From positions 21,328,001 through 21,392,000 of the forward strand of contig NC_043002.1 in the NCBI RefSeq assembly GCF_006345805.1: a stretch of DNA of 64,000 nucleotides, read 5' to 3'. Shown in pieces: positions 1 to 12,878 of the stretch. Made by a program: the position numbers and the translations under genes. The DNA comes from Octopus sinensis. Taxonomy: Eukaryota. The first letter of the stretch is position 1, and every line of letters starts with the position of its first letter. The notes below the pieces were generated by a model. It ran no database searches. It was not told where the DNA came from and saw only the letters and a program-made list of their open reading frames with translations.

Positions 1-446
1 AGACTTGACCTTCCAATAAGTTAACTCTGTGGTCGTATTTTTAATTTGTGACCAACATGGCAAAATATTTTGTTCGGTGAAATAAAATTCTGTTAATTGT
101 TCACGAGTGTTGTGCATTCATTATACGCAGCCTGAACCCAACTCAACTACCAGCATCGAACATCTTTCATTCTATGACAATTGTGACACTCATTTTGATT
201 GTCTATCAAAAACACTGCTTATAAACAGGCCACTTTCAGTAAAGGCTGAAGTAAACCGAATGAACCAATTTTTTTTTTATGTTGAAGGCATTTTTAGCTG
301 TTAGTTCGATTATTAAGTTACATATGCATATGAATAAACAGTCTGTCACGAACACTACTAAACGTGATGCACACACAAATGCATATATACTGTCGATATG
401 TTACATCTATGTATGTAAATACGTATACATGTAGGTGTGCATGAAT

Positions 447-471
447 ATCTATCTATCTATCTATCTATCTA

Positions 472-517
<46 letters not shown>

Positions 518-590
518 CCGATCTATCTATCTATCTATTTATTTATCTATCGATCTATTTATCTATCCATCTATTTATCTATCTACATAT
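447..590. repeat. (ATCT)n microsatellite
   Basis: Direct tandem ATCT run. Confidence 0.95.
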
Positions 591-592
591 AA

Positions 593-1015
593 GGCGGCGA
601 GCTGGCAGAACCGTTAGCACGCCGGGCGAAATGCGTAGCCGTATTTCGTCTGCCGTTACGTTCTGAGTTCAAATTCCGCCGAGGTCGACTTTGCCTTTCA
701 TTCTTTCGGGGTCGATAAATTAAGTACCAGTTACGCACTGGGGTCGATGCAATCGACTTAATCCCTTTGTCTGTCCTTGTTTGTTCCCTCTATGGTTAGC
801 CTCTTGTGGGCAATAAAGAAATAAGAATCGTTTGCTGCCGGGCGAAATATTTAACGGCATCTCATACGTTTTTATGTTCTAAGTTCAAATTCTGCCAAGG
901 TCGAGTTTGCCTTTCATCCTTTCGTGGTCGATAAAATAAGTTCTAGTTAAACATTAGGGCCAATGTAATCATGTAATCGACTTACATCCCACCCCAAAAT
1001 TTCTGGCCTTGTGCT
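593..1015 (+). mobile_element. tRNA-derived SINE family A (head GGCGGCGAGCTGGCAGAA), two-core copy
   Basis: A-box-like TGGCAGAA, B-box GAGTTCAAATTCC, and the core GTCGACTTTGCCTTTCATCCTTTCGGGGTCGATAAA. The same sequence recurs many times in the window. Confidence 0.85.
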
Positions 1016-1048
1016 AAAATTTAAAACTATTAAACATACATATATACA

Positions 1049-1086
<38 letters not shown>

Positions 1087-1090
<4 letters not shown>

Positions 1091-1790
1091 CTTGACCGTC
1101 AGGCGTCCATTTGACACCGCTGGTCACAGCACGCAGTCCACTCCTCTCTGGATCGCACCTTTCTCTTCCACGTAATCCCAATCGTCCTCCTGAAATCGTA
1201 ACTCCACCGTCGTGGAGGTCTCCGGGTGGTTGCTTCCGCTCGCGCGGATACCACTTGACAACTGCGCGGGTCCACCGATTATCGGCGTGCCGGGCGACGT
1301 GTCCAGCGCATCTATACTTGCTGCGTGTATACTCTGCGATGACATCTCTCACGCCGGACTTCTTTCTGATGATCTCGCTACTGATGTGCTCTCTCAACGA
1401 GATACCAAGTATTGACCTTTCCATGGCTCTTTGAGCCGTTACCAGTCTCTGCTCTTCTCTCTTTGTTTCACTAGCATATAACATTGAAGGTAGAACTGTA
1501 CTGTTGATGAGGTTGGCGCGGGTGGTCCTGTCCAACCTTCCCTTGAGCACATCTCTTATGCCATTAAACGCCTTCCATCCGGCCCTTACTCTCCGTGAGA
1601 TCTCCTTTTCGATATCTCGGCACATATCCACTTCCTGTCCACTGATGCCAGTGGTGAGATCTTGGATGTCTCCAAGATGCCTTGTGGGATGTCTTGTTGG
1701 CAAAGAATGTGTTAGTGATGCACAGGTTATGGTATGTGCAAAATTCAAGTAGTCTCTGACCATTGTCATTCATGTTGCCAATACCAAAAC
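1087..1790 (-). mobile_element. RTE-clade LINE relic: endonuclease fragment fused to RT C-terminus and 3' end
   Basis: RAGWKAF...STVLPSMLYASET...AGHVAR..DNRWT (RTE RT C-terminus) and [14 protein letters not shown]...ITNTFF...SWRHPRSHHWHQ (APE endonuclease). The 3' end abuts (TA)n. Confidence 0.85.
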
Positions 1791-1794
1791 ACAT

Positions 1795-1856
1795 ACACTT
1801 ATATATATACATACATATATATACGATTGATTTGTTTCACTTCCTGTCCACGAAAT

Positions 1857-1942
<86 letters not shown>

Positions 1943-2220
1943 ATACGTATGTATATATGTATGTATATATGTTTGTATATATGTATGTATGTATGTATAT
2001 ATATATATATGTTTATGTATGTACATATATATGTATATGTATGCATATGTATATGTATATATATATGTATATACATGTATATATATGTATATATATGTAT
2101 GTATATATGTATATATATATGTATATGTACATATATATGTATATATATGTATATGTACATATATATGTATGTATATATGTATATGCATATATATGAGTAT
2201 ATGTATGTATATGCATATAT
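1795..2220. repeat. Compound (TA)n/(TATG)n microsatellite
   Basis: Direct. Confidence 0.95.
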
Positions 2221-4662
2221 AACTTAGAATAACTTAGAAAGGTTTTGGCCAGTATTGGCCCAGGCCATGTCTAACTTAATAGCACCACCTGGCGAAGTCT
2301 TTCAGTTCAGGATTTGGGCACCAAGGCCCATTCGAGCAGAGAGTTATTGTTTGCGGAGACATATCCGGGTGTGGGTGGTTTGTCCGGTACTGTTTGAAGG
2401 AATTTGTCCAAAGACTTCTTGAATTTTGTGTGGTCAGTTTCTTTTTTGACGTGCCCTGGTGTAATGTTGAAGAGAGCAGGTCCAATTGAGGTGAAATAGT
2501 TGTGCCGTATTGTCGTTATGTGATGCCATTTAGATTTTTGTTGTGGACGGATGGCACGTGGTCCTAGCCTTGGATGCATTTTGAAGGTGATGCCAACATC
2601 ATTCGGACAGTGCTGGTGGAATATTTTCCACATCATACAGATAATGTAGCGTTCACGGCGTCGTTGGAGTGAATATAATTTCAGCTTCTCTAGTCTACCC
2701 CAGTAGTCAAGGTCTGACATGCCATCTATCTTTTTTGTGATTGACCTTTGGGGAGCTTCAATTCTCATAATATTTTGTTTTGTGTAGGGAGACCACAGTG
2801 GACAGCAGTATTCAAGGTGGGGTCGGGCAAAAGTGGAGAAGAGAAGGATAATAGCGTAGGAATCTCTCGACTGGAAGGTTCTGAGAATCCAGGAACACAT
2901 TCTGCGGGCCATGTCAACTTTGCTGCTTATATGTGTAGCCCAGCTTATGTTGTTGTCCACTGTTACTCCCAGGTCTCTGATGTTGTTGGATGCCATGAGA
3001 ATTTCTCCAGAAGGAAGAGAGTATGGGAGTTTCAGAGTGTCCTCTCTTCCAAAGTGGATCAGTTCAAATTTGTCTTCATTTAGCAACATGTTATTCTTTT
3101 CCGCCCATTGGACAACAGCCAGTAGGTCTGACTGAAGGTTTATTCGGTCATCCACGCCATTGATGACCTTCTGGAGCTTGGAATCATCAGCGAAGGTTCT
3201 GATGTTACTGTGTTTGATGGTGTCAGTAATATCATTTATGTAGATGATGAAGAGAAGTGGGCCCAACACAGTGCCTTGTGGGACACCACTGCTGACTTTG
3301 GCTGGGCTGGATTTGACTCCTTCGACTACAACATGTTGGGTTCTGTTAGACAAGAAGCACTTGATCCACTGCAGCAGCTTTCCAGTGACACCAATATTGG
3401 ACAGCTTTCTCAGAAGGATCTTATGATCAACCCTGTCAAAGGCCTTGCTGAAATCAAGGTAGATGACATCAGTGTTGGAACCTTCTCCCAAGGCTCTCAA
3501 AATGTCATCAAAATGATGCAGTAGCTGCGTCAGGCAATCTCTCCCATTACGGAATCCATGCTGGTTGGGGTTCAGCATATTATGACTCTCAAGGAAGTGA
3601 GTCATACGCGATCTCAGCACCCTCTCAAATACCTTGATGATATGAGAGGTGAGTGAGATTGGACGGTAATTCACAGCAAGCGATTTGTTTCCTTTTTTGA
3701 AAACTGGGACAACAGACTGGGATAGGTCTTCTGGTATATATCCAGCATCCAGTGAGTTCCACCACAGATTGGCTAGAGGGGGTGCAAGTTGGTTTTGACA
3801 CATCTTCAAGACACAAGCAGGGAACCTATCGGGACCTACTGCTGAACTATGCTTCATTTCCTTTATTGCTGCTAAGACATCAGGAGCGCCAAATGTTATG
3901 TCCGATAAAGTGTATTGGGGAGTAACATCACTGATACAGCCCAGATCAGTCATATCAGGATTGCTGAAAACAGAGCAATATTGTTTCTGCAATATCTCTC
4001 CCATGGTTTTGGCATTGTCTTGAAGAGTACCATTTTCATCAATCAGAGGGCCAACAGTAGAACCAGTGACTCTGTGTTTTTTTGCAAATGAAAAGAACAC
4101 TTTGGGATTGAGTTTGATCTTCTCAATGGCCCAGGCCTCTTCAGCTCTTCGCTGACTATTGATGATAGACATCATGTTGTTTTGGAGTTTATGTTTTTTA
4201 ATCTCTAGCGACGAGATGGCAGTCAGGTTGGTGTGTTGCTGTTGACAGTTTTTCAGCATGTTGATCTTTTTGTTGATTCTTTTAATTTTCCTTATGAGAG
4301 ATTTTCTATTTCTAGGGATTTGACACTTAGATTTGTTTGCAGATCTTAATGGGGTGTGTCTTGCACATATGTTCGTGATGGTGTCTACAAGTGACTGCCA
4401 GGACTTTTTGATGTTAGTGGGTGTGTATGTGTGCGTGAAGGACCAATCGACTTGTGCAAGATCATTATTGATCGCTTCCCAGTTTGCATTGTGGAAATCC
4501 ATAGTGTCAAATGGATGAGCAGGAGGGATGACATTTGTTTTGCATTTTGGCCAGTGAAATCTCAGATCACAGAGAACCATGTCATGGTCGGAGAGTAGGG
4601 TTTTCTCCACTGCAATATTGTGGATAGTATCAGTGTGATTGCTGAAAATTAAGTCTGAAAAT
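2221..4662 (-). mobile_element. CR1-group (CR1/L2/Crack/Daphne-like) LINE, 5'-truncated, stop-free ORF2 from the endonuclease C-terminus through RT
   Basis: DLIFSN...SDHDMV (end of APE), [50 protein letters not shown]. Stop at 2307. 3' tail is TTCTAAGTTA-TTCTAAGTT. Sub-clade not determined. Confidence 0.92.
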
Positions 4663-4881
4663 ATATATATGTATGTATATGTATATATATATGTATGTAT
4701 ATGTACATATATGTGTCTATATGTATAAATATGTGTGTATATGTACATATATGTGTATATATGTATATGTATATGTATATATATATGTATATATATATAT
4801 ATATGTGTATATATATATATATGTGTGTATATATATATGTGTGTGTATAGGTACATATATGTGTATATGTACATATATGTG

Positions 4882-4912
<31 letters not shown>

Positions 4913-5298
4913 GTATATATATGTATATGTATATATATGTGTATATGTATATATGTGTATATGTATATGTACATATATGTACATATATGTATATATATGT
5001 ATATGAATATATATGTATATGCATATATGTGTATATGTATGTATATGTATATATATATGTATATATATATATATATTTATATATGTGTATATATATGTAT
5101 ATATGTATATATGTATATGTATGTATGTATATATATATATGTATATATATGTTTATATATGTGTATATATATGTGCATATATATGTGTATATATATGTGT
5201 ATATATATATGTGTATATATATGTATATGTATATATGTATATATGTATATATGTATATGTATAATATATATATATGTGTATATATATGTGTGTGTGTG

Positions 5299-5329
<31 letters not shown>

Positions 5330-5715
5330 GTGTGTATATATATATGTGTATATATATGTGTATATATATATGTATATATATATGTGTATATATGTGTATA
5401 TGTGTATATGTATGCGTATATGTATATGTATGTGTATATGTATGTGTATATGTATATGTGTATATGTGTATATATATATGTGTGTATATGTATATGTGTA
5501 TATATGTGTATATGTATATATGTATATATGTGTATATGTATATATGTGTAAATGTATATATATGTATATGTGTATATGTATATATATCTGTGTATATATG
5601 TATATGTATATATATGTATATATATATATGTGTATATATATATGTGTGTATATATGTATATGTATATATATATGTATATATGTATATATGTATATATGTA
5701 TGTGTACACACACAC
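4663..5715. repeat. About 1 kb compound (TA)/(TG) microsatellite
   Basis: Direct. It supplies the spurious N-terminal H/I/Y/T-rich part of ORF 2307..5765. Confidence 0.95.
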
Positions 5716-5789
5716 AAGATAAATTGATAGATACAACTGAGTGAGCAAACAAAAATATGAGACACTGCATAGTGCTTTTTTATATTTTG

Positions 5790-6094
5790 ATAAGCCTGGT
5801 ACTTATTCTATCAGTTTCTTCTTGTGAAGCCAATAAGTTATGGGGATATAAATAAACGAACACCAGTTGTGAAGCAGTGATAAGGGAGAAACACAAAAAC
5901 ACACACTTAGACTTACATATATTCATACACATACATACAATTGATTTCTTTCAGTTTCTGTCTACAAAATCCAATGCTTTGGTTGGTCTCAGGCTATAGC
6001 AGAAGACACATACAAAGTTACCACACAGTGGGACTGAACCGAGGACCGTGTGTTTTGGAACCAAGTTTGTTACCACACAGCCACACCTGCACCT
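5790..6094 (-). mobile_element. tRNA-derived SINE family B (head GCGCAGGAGTGGCTGTGTGGTAAG)
   Basis: Reverse complement of the copies at 20192, 31676 and 49986; B-box-like GGTTCAGTCCC. Confidence 0.8.
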
Positions 6095-6269
6095 ATGTAT
6101 GTGTGTGTGTGTGTGAGTGGGTGGATCGGTGTGTGTGTATGTGTACATGGTTGTATATATGTATGCACGTATATATGTGTATATATACGTGTACATATTA
6201 CATGTACATCTATATATACATCTAGACATTCATGTTTACATATACATGTATACATATACATCTATATAT

Positions 6270-6343
<74 letters not shown>

Positions 6344-6354
6344 CCATATACATA

Positions 6355-6582
6355 CAATAGAGAGATGCTTTTGTTTCACTTTTAACACGTAATACTGAAA
6401 TAGTGGAGAAGATGTGATATTGCTGTGGGCTCGCCCTAGGCAAGATGTTAAATATTTTTTGCCCATGACACTCCTTGGACCCTAAGTAAGGCATGTGTAA
6501 AATTTGAATGAAATCGGTTGTGTAGTTCTCAAGTTTTAGGGATTCACACAGACAGACAGACACACATTCTCAGTTTTATATA
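6355..6582 (-). mobile_element. Non-autonomous Helitron 5' portion
   Basis: Minus-strand 5' TATATATAAAACTGAGAATGTGTGTCTGTCTGTCTG, about 85% similar by eye to 7925-8195. Typical invertebrate Helitron-N 5' region. Confidence 0.65.
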
Positions 6583-6588
6583 TATATA

Positions 6589-8187
6589 CTAGCATTATGA
6601 CCCGTCGTTGCCGAGTCATAGTGCTAGTGCATGTATATATATGTGTATATATATGTGCACATATTACATGTACATCTATATATACACATCTACACATAAA
6701 ATACAAAATACAAAGTTTTATCTTGATATCGCTAGTGATAACAATATTCAAAATATATAACAGACTGGAATTGCAGGCCAGTCTCTGGCAATTTCGATCA
6801 ATTTTAACTTGTCCTCCCTCTTGTATTGAAGTGTGGCTACAATCCAGCCTACCTCTACTTCTGGGGGGATATTTTAAATTTTTATCCGGGACGTCCTACG
6901 TCCCAGATATAAAGGTAAAATTTTAAAATATTTCCACTAAGCAAGGTCCGAGTCGAGTACTCCCTTGCACGCTCCGTTGACTCGAACCTTGCTTCTATTG
7001 TGGCGAATTTACCGCCTCTGGTTAGTTATCTTTCATAGTCGCACCAAGACACTTTTCGATGGTACTTTCCTCCAGGTGTTCAAATCTTTTTTTTTTTCTA
7101 CATTGTATACTTTATAGACAATAGTCTTTACTTTAATTCAATTTTTTTATTTCGTTTGGTGGTGTTATCCTAGATTCACCGTCTTTGTCGGTGATGAATC
7201 TGAAATAGGTTTGTATTTCTTCCATTTTAATTTTAATGAGTTCGCGCCCGCCGACGGCTGCAGCGAAATTCATTTTTGGACTTTCTTCTATCGAAGGCAT
7301 TTTAACAAAAATGCTTCCGTATAAACGGTGAAAATATTGTCAATTTCCCCAAACAGAGACACAATTCAATTTTTAAACAATAACCATAGCTCCTTCTCCT
7401 AAAGGGGGAGAGTTACGGTTTACAATTATTTAACAAATGCAACACAACAACGTTTCCCTTTCGAGGAACCAACAAACGTGATAACAATAGTTAAACAGTA
7501 ATAATAATAACAAACCTTACGGTGAATCAAAAAGCAGTACGCAGTTCAAGCTATAGTCCTTTATGTATAAGAAATATACTAACAGCAGTACTCAATAGAA
7601 GCGGTTGTTCGAGAAAACAGACATTACATACAGCCAAACTTCATTTAGATACTTAAGGCTAGCTAATTAGCAGGTAATCTAATGTAAAATCCGTGGTAAA
7701 AGGTATGTGAACATCTCCATCTGGACTATTCCATTTCTGCACACTAATTGTATTTTTAATTTATTCCCATTCATGTGAAACCACTTATTCAAGTTCAAGT
7801 CATTGATGCAATTTTATACCAATTGCTATTTTTACTTTTGTTATGTTACGATTTAAGTATTATATTATACTTTAGTTTGATTTTAATTATTACTTACTAC
7901 CTATAATTCAATTGTTATTATTACCTCTAATTTTTATTGTTAAAGTGAAAGTATCTGACATAAAATAGAGAAATGTTTTTGCTTCACTTTTAACACGTAA
8001 TACTGAAATAGTGGAGAAGATATGATATTGCTGTGGGCTCGCCCTAGGCAAAAAGTTTTGAAAAATTTTTTGCGGATGACACTCCCCGGACCGTAAGTAA
8101 GGCATATGTAAAATTTGAAATTGGTTGTGTAGTTCTCAAGTTTTAGGGAAACACACAGACAGACAGACACACACGCGCGCGCGCATT

Positions 8188-8195
<8 letters not shown>
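6589..8195 (-). mobile_element. Helitron-like element: 3' hairpin and CTAG at 6589-6627, 5' region at 7925-8195, unrelated internal cargo
   Basis: Terminal CTAG|T with adjacent stem CATTATGAC...GTCATAGTG; 5' region homologous to 6355-6582. Treating both ends as one element is an inference. Confidence 0.5.
6750..7650 (-). pseudogene. Probable L1/Tx1-type LINE 5'UTR and ORF1 fragment (frameshifted)
   Basis: Manual translation across frameshifts: MPSIEESPKMNFAAAVGG..., RGKFATIEARFES..., PLYLGRRTSRIKI.NIPPEVEVGWIVATL. Resembles remembered mollusc Tx1-like ORF1; unverified. Confidence 0.4.
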
Positions 8196-8260
<65 letters not shown>

Positions 8261-8261
<1 letters not shown>

Positions 8262-9170
8262 TAGCACACCAATTTGGACAGAGTTATCATTCCTATAAGA
8301 ATTGGATGGATTATATCTGAAAACAGCTTCAGGAGTTGTGAAAAACGAAGTTATACGTAGTCTGTTTCTGAGAGCTATTCTACTGAACCTCTGTCTAATC
8401 ATTAAAACATTGATTTAATGATGCAGCATTATGTGCTGCAACATGCATTTGCTGATCTTGAGAAAATCTCATCTCTTCAGACTCTTGCCTTCGGTTTTCT
8501 ACAATCCTCCTTACTTTATACTTGTTTCTGGAGAGATTACGTCTTTTCTGTGTTTCTCCCGCTCATTCCGTAAAAATTTATTTCAAGCTAGACCTGGTAG
8601 AAATAGCAGCCAAATCTCCCTCAAGACACACTACTGTCTTTATCTGTCAATTCTGCCTATTACGTAGTTTGAATGAGAAACTAACTAAAGATTAAGATTA
8701 TTTACCCCAAACTTGGATGGTGTTAAGTAGTGGAGATGTTTGGTGATTGCATGTGGTGGTTACTTTTGGCTGTTTCTCCTCAATAAGGATAATTGATTGA
8801 TAACGAATCTTAACACAATATATAAATACAACTTCAAGTGGAATCGGAGAGAGGAAAGAAGAGAGACAGCATAGCGACGGTTTTGGCTGACTGTCATCCT
8901 GCACTCGCCTTGTTGCTAGCGAAATGGTATGTGCCGGCTCTCTGAGCAAACAAGTTGCTTTTAATGGTGGAACAAACATGACAAAAAGATTACAAAAATA
9001 GCGATTCTCACTTCGAAACTAATAATTTTGAAAATCTTTTTAGATTACGGAACTCCCCGCTCTCTCATGTATCCATGTTTAAAATTTCAGAGCGATCGGA
9101 TTTACAACACTCGAGTTACAAGCACACAGACAGACAGACTGAACGGATTTTATTTATTTACACACACACA
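8261..9170 (-). mobile_element. Helitron-derived element, copy 1, with Rep/Hel N-terminal remnant
   Basis: Helitron-type 5' region (GTCTGTCTGTCTGTG...CCGATCGCTCTGAAATTT), peptide RNRLR...AVFRYNPSNSYRNDNSVQIG similar to animal Helitron ORF N-termini, and a CTAG|T end. Confidence 0.65.
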
Positions 9171-9179
9171 CACACATAC

Positions 9180-9256
<77 letters not shown>

Positions 9257-10135
9257 CTAGCACACCAATTTGGACAGAGTTATCATTCCTATAAGAATTG
9301 GATGGATTATATCTGAAAACAGCTTCAGGAGTTGTGAAAAACGAAGTTATACGTAGTCTGTTTCTGAGAGCTATTCTACTGAACCTCTGTCTAATCATTA
9401 AAACATTGATTTAATGATGCAGCATTATGTGCTGCAACATGCATTTGCTGATCTTGAGAAAATCTCATCTCTTCAGACTCTTGCCTTCGGTTTTCTACAA
9501 TCCTCCTTACTTTATACTTGTTTCTGGAGAGATTACGTCTTTTCTGTGTTTCTCCCGCTCATTCCGTAAAAATTATTTCAAGCTAGACCTGGTAGAAATA
9601 GCAGCCAAATCTCCCTCAAGACACACTACTGTCTTATCTGTCAATTCTGCCTATTACGTAGTTTGAATGAGAAACTAACTAAAGATTAAGATTATTTACC
9701 CCAAACTTGGATGGTGTTAAGTAGTGGAGATGTTTGGTGATTGCATGTGGTGGTTACTTTTGGCTGTTTCTCCTCAATAAGGATAATTGATTGATAACGA
9801 ATCTTAACACAATATATAAATACAACTTCAAGTGGAATCGGAGAGAGGAAAGAAGAGAGACAGCATAGCGACGGTTTTGGCTGACTGTCATCCTGCACTC
9901 GCCTTGTTGCTAGCGAAACAAGTTGCTTTTAATGGTGGAACAAACATGACAAAAAGATTACAAAAATAGCGATTCTCACTTCGAAACTAATAATTTTGAA
10001 AATCTTTTTAGATTACGGAACTCCCCGCTCTCTCATGTATCCATGTTTAAAATTTCAGAGCGATCGGATTTACAACACTCGAGTTACAAGCACACAGACA
10101 GACAGACTGAACGGATTTTATTTATTTACACACAC
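9257..10135 (-). mobile_element. Helitron-derived element, copy 2 (tandem duplicate)
   Basis: Near-identical to 8261-9170 apart from a 26-bp deletion and two 1-nt indels. Confidence 0.7.
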
Positions 10136-10147
10136 ACACACACATAC

Positions 10148-10201
<54 letters not shown>

Positions 10202-10977
10202 TATATATATACACATACACATGTATATGTACATATTCATACGTGTATGTCATATATACGTATAAATATATACGTGTGTGTGTGTGTATACACACGAGGG
10301 ATGCTGAACATTTCGTGGCTTTAAGGAAACCGAGAAAATCCTGGTGGGAGGCCCAACCTTTCTAGTCCTTTTACAGGACTTAGTAAAACTGAAGGGCCGC
10401 TGCAATAAGTGTGAGAGAGGAATATGTTGAATAAAATCGTAATTGACTGATCTTTCTGTGTTTTCTTTTATCGTAAACCATAAAACTCTTTCCCCGTCCT
10501 ATGTAAATATCATCATTCGCATATACACTATGTATGTGCTTTGTTTATACGCCAACTTTTCTGCAGGATAGCGTACAGGGAAAGCTGGTCACAACGCCAA
10601 GTGTTAAAGATTACCTGAATGTCACAGCCTAAGCAAGACAACTCGTCTTGGAACCACCGAGAATGGTAGATACCGATATTTCACCATTAAATGTGACTTA
10701 TCAATATCAAGTACTCGGATCATTCCAAAACGAATTGAATCGTTAGTCTATGTTTTACATGCAAATAGAGTGAAGTCCATTTACTGATGTGCTGCGCCGT
10801 AGCACGTGTTGTCTCACCTGGTTTGTGAGATTTGGATGTTTTTTTAACACTCAGCGTTGTTTGGAGATCTTTCTCCAGGCGCTATCCCGCAGCAAATTTG
10901 GCTTATGAAGAAGACACGTGTACTATGTACGTGTGGGTGATAATGATTACATCACTAGAGCTGCTGAGAGAGCGAGG

Positions 10978-10978
<1 letters not shown>

Positions 10979-11063
<85 letters not shown>
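10979..11063. repeat. (GATA)n microsatellite
   Basis: Direct. Confidence 0.95.
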
Positions 11064-11139
11064 CATACGTAATGCACACATATATATAAGCATGCATATC
11101 TGTATATATGCACATGTGCATATTTATAAGTTATGTTTT

Positions 11140-11373
11140 ATGTTTCCTGCACGTGGTGGTATGTCTAGACATGCTCATATATACTTAAATGATAAACTTC
11201 TGGAAAGTTTTACAGAACTTTACAGTTCCGGTGATGAATTGATTGGATCTGTAGTTTTCGAATCAGCTTTCTCCTTTCTGGTTTTGAGAAGCCTAATTTC
11301 TTATGATTGGTATTTAAGTAATCTGTTACATATCCCAGTGCTCCAATAATTACAGGTATAAGCCTGAACTTAG
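11140..11373 (-). mobile_element. Short 3' fragment of the (CATA)n-associated RLE LINE family
   Basis: Homologous to 11616-11830 and 48663-48900; flanked by degenerate TATG runs. Confidence 0.8.
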
Positions 11374-11615
11374 GTATGTATGTATTATGTATGCTATTCA
11401 GTTTATTTCAAGATTTCTTGCCAATAGAGAAAGAACCGGTTTCTAACTTATATCCAAGGTTCCTTCATTGGAACTTCAACATCAACAACAGGGTATTTTT
11501 GTATGTATATATGTATGCATGCACGTATGTATGTATGTATGTATGTATGTATGTATGTATGTATGTATGTATGTATGTATGTATGTATGTGCAGATTTGT
11601 ATGTTTTATGTATGT

Positions 11616-12878
11616 ATTCTCATGCATATAGTTGCATATCTAGACATGCTCATATATATTTAAATTATAAACTTCTGGAAAGTTTTACAGATTTTTAAAA
11701 TTCTAGTGATGGATTAGCTTTCTCCTTTCTGGTTTTGAGAAGCCTAATTTCTCAAGACTGGCATTTAGGCAGTGTGTTACATATCCTAGGACCCCAATAA
11801 TTGCAGATATAAACCTGAACTTGTAATCTGGTTAGAGTAACTGTAAATTTCTCAATAGTTCAGCGTAGGTATTCTCTTTTTCACTGATCTTCAGCTTTAT
11901 GTTAACATCCACTAAGCAGCTAATTTCCACAACTGTGCACAGTTTCTCTTCTCTATCCCAAGTCATTATATAAGGTCTGTTGGGCTTACATTTTATTGAG
12001 GTCTACACTAGTACATTCCACCCGTATTCCTTTTCATTATGAGTAGCTATGGCTTCTACCATATTGTGGGGTTTTATTTCTTGCTCCTCGAGATTATCCT
12101 TCCGACGGATTTCATTATAGAGTGTCCTAGCTACAACGTCATGTCTCATCGATAGATAATACCATGATGACATTTTCGAACAAATGCTTATGATGTGCAT
12201 GATACCTTCAGTGTGAACTTCACAAAGTCTACATCGGTTGTCACATTTTACGGCTTTTCCAGCATCTCTATCCCTTTTGTGCATCAGGTACTTTGTTGAT
12301 ATTTCCTGTTCCTGGATTACAAACGCATACCCTTCAAAGTGAGAAGTAATAATCCGGCTACTCGTCCATGATAAACTGCTTTGATGATCGATATTATTAT
12401 CATTACGGAGCCTTCTACTAACATATCCATGCATAGTCTTCTGCTCACATAGGCTCATCCTTTCATCTGATGATATGTTGCGATAGAGTTGTGCGAATTC
12501 TTTGGGCATGTATTCTAGGTTATCAGACAAACAGTGTTGCTCAAGGAGCTACCTTCCAAGTTTTGGTGGTCAAAAGTCGTTGCCGAAGGGATACGATGCG
12601 ATATTCAAAAGCATTTTGGATTGATCTTAAGCCTCTGCCGCCTTGCTTACGTTTTAGGTAGAGGCGGTCTACATCACTGTTTATGTGGAAATTATGTGTG
12701 CTTGTTAATATTTTTCAGGTTTTCACATCAAGTGTCCAATCAAGCAGCCTAAATGTTGGTATGAGTACTGGCACTGCAAACACATTGTGGGCCAGTTTTA
12801 TTGAATGCAGAGAGTTCTGAGGTCCAAATTTTCTTTATCCAGCTGTAATATTCTTTAGTGACACGTGCCATTGTAAAA
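11616..12878 (-). mobile_element. R4/Dong-clade-like non-LTR retrotransposon, 5'-truncated (RT C-terminus, CCHC motif, RLE), within (CATA)n
   Basis: RVTKEYYSWIKKIWTSELSAFNK; CRLCEVHTEGIMHIISICSKMSSWYYLSMRHDVVA (CCHC followed by RHD). Contains frameshifts and stops. (TATG)n on both sides. Confidence 0.85.

Noticed and set aside
4663-5765. N-terminal ~370 aa of the 1152-aa ORF (H/I/Y/T-rich)
   Set aside because: It is a translation of a TA/TG microsatellite that lacks stops; the real homology starts at about 4662.
10274-10900. Possible mariner-like element starting CGAGGGATGCTGAACATTTCGTGGCTTT
   Set aside because: The left end resembles the 50698 MITE TIR, but I could not find a right TIR or a transposase motif.
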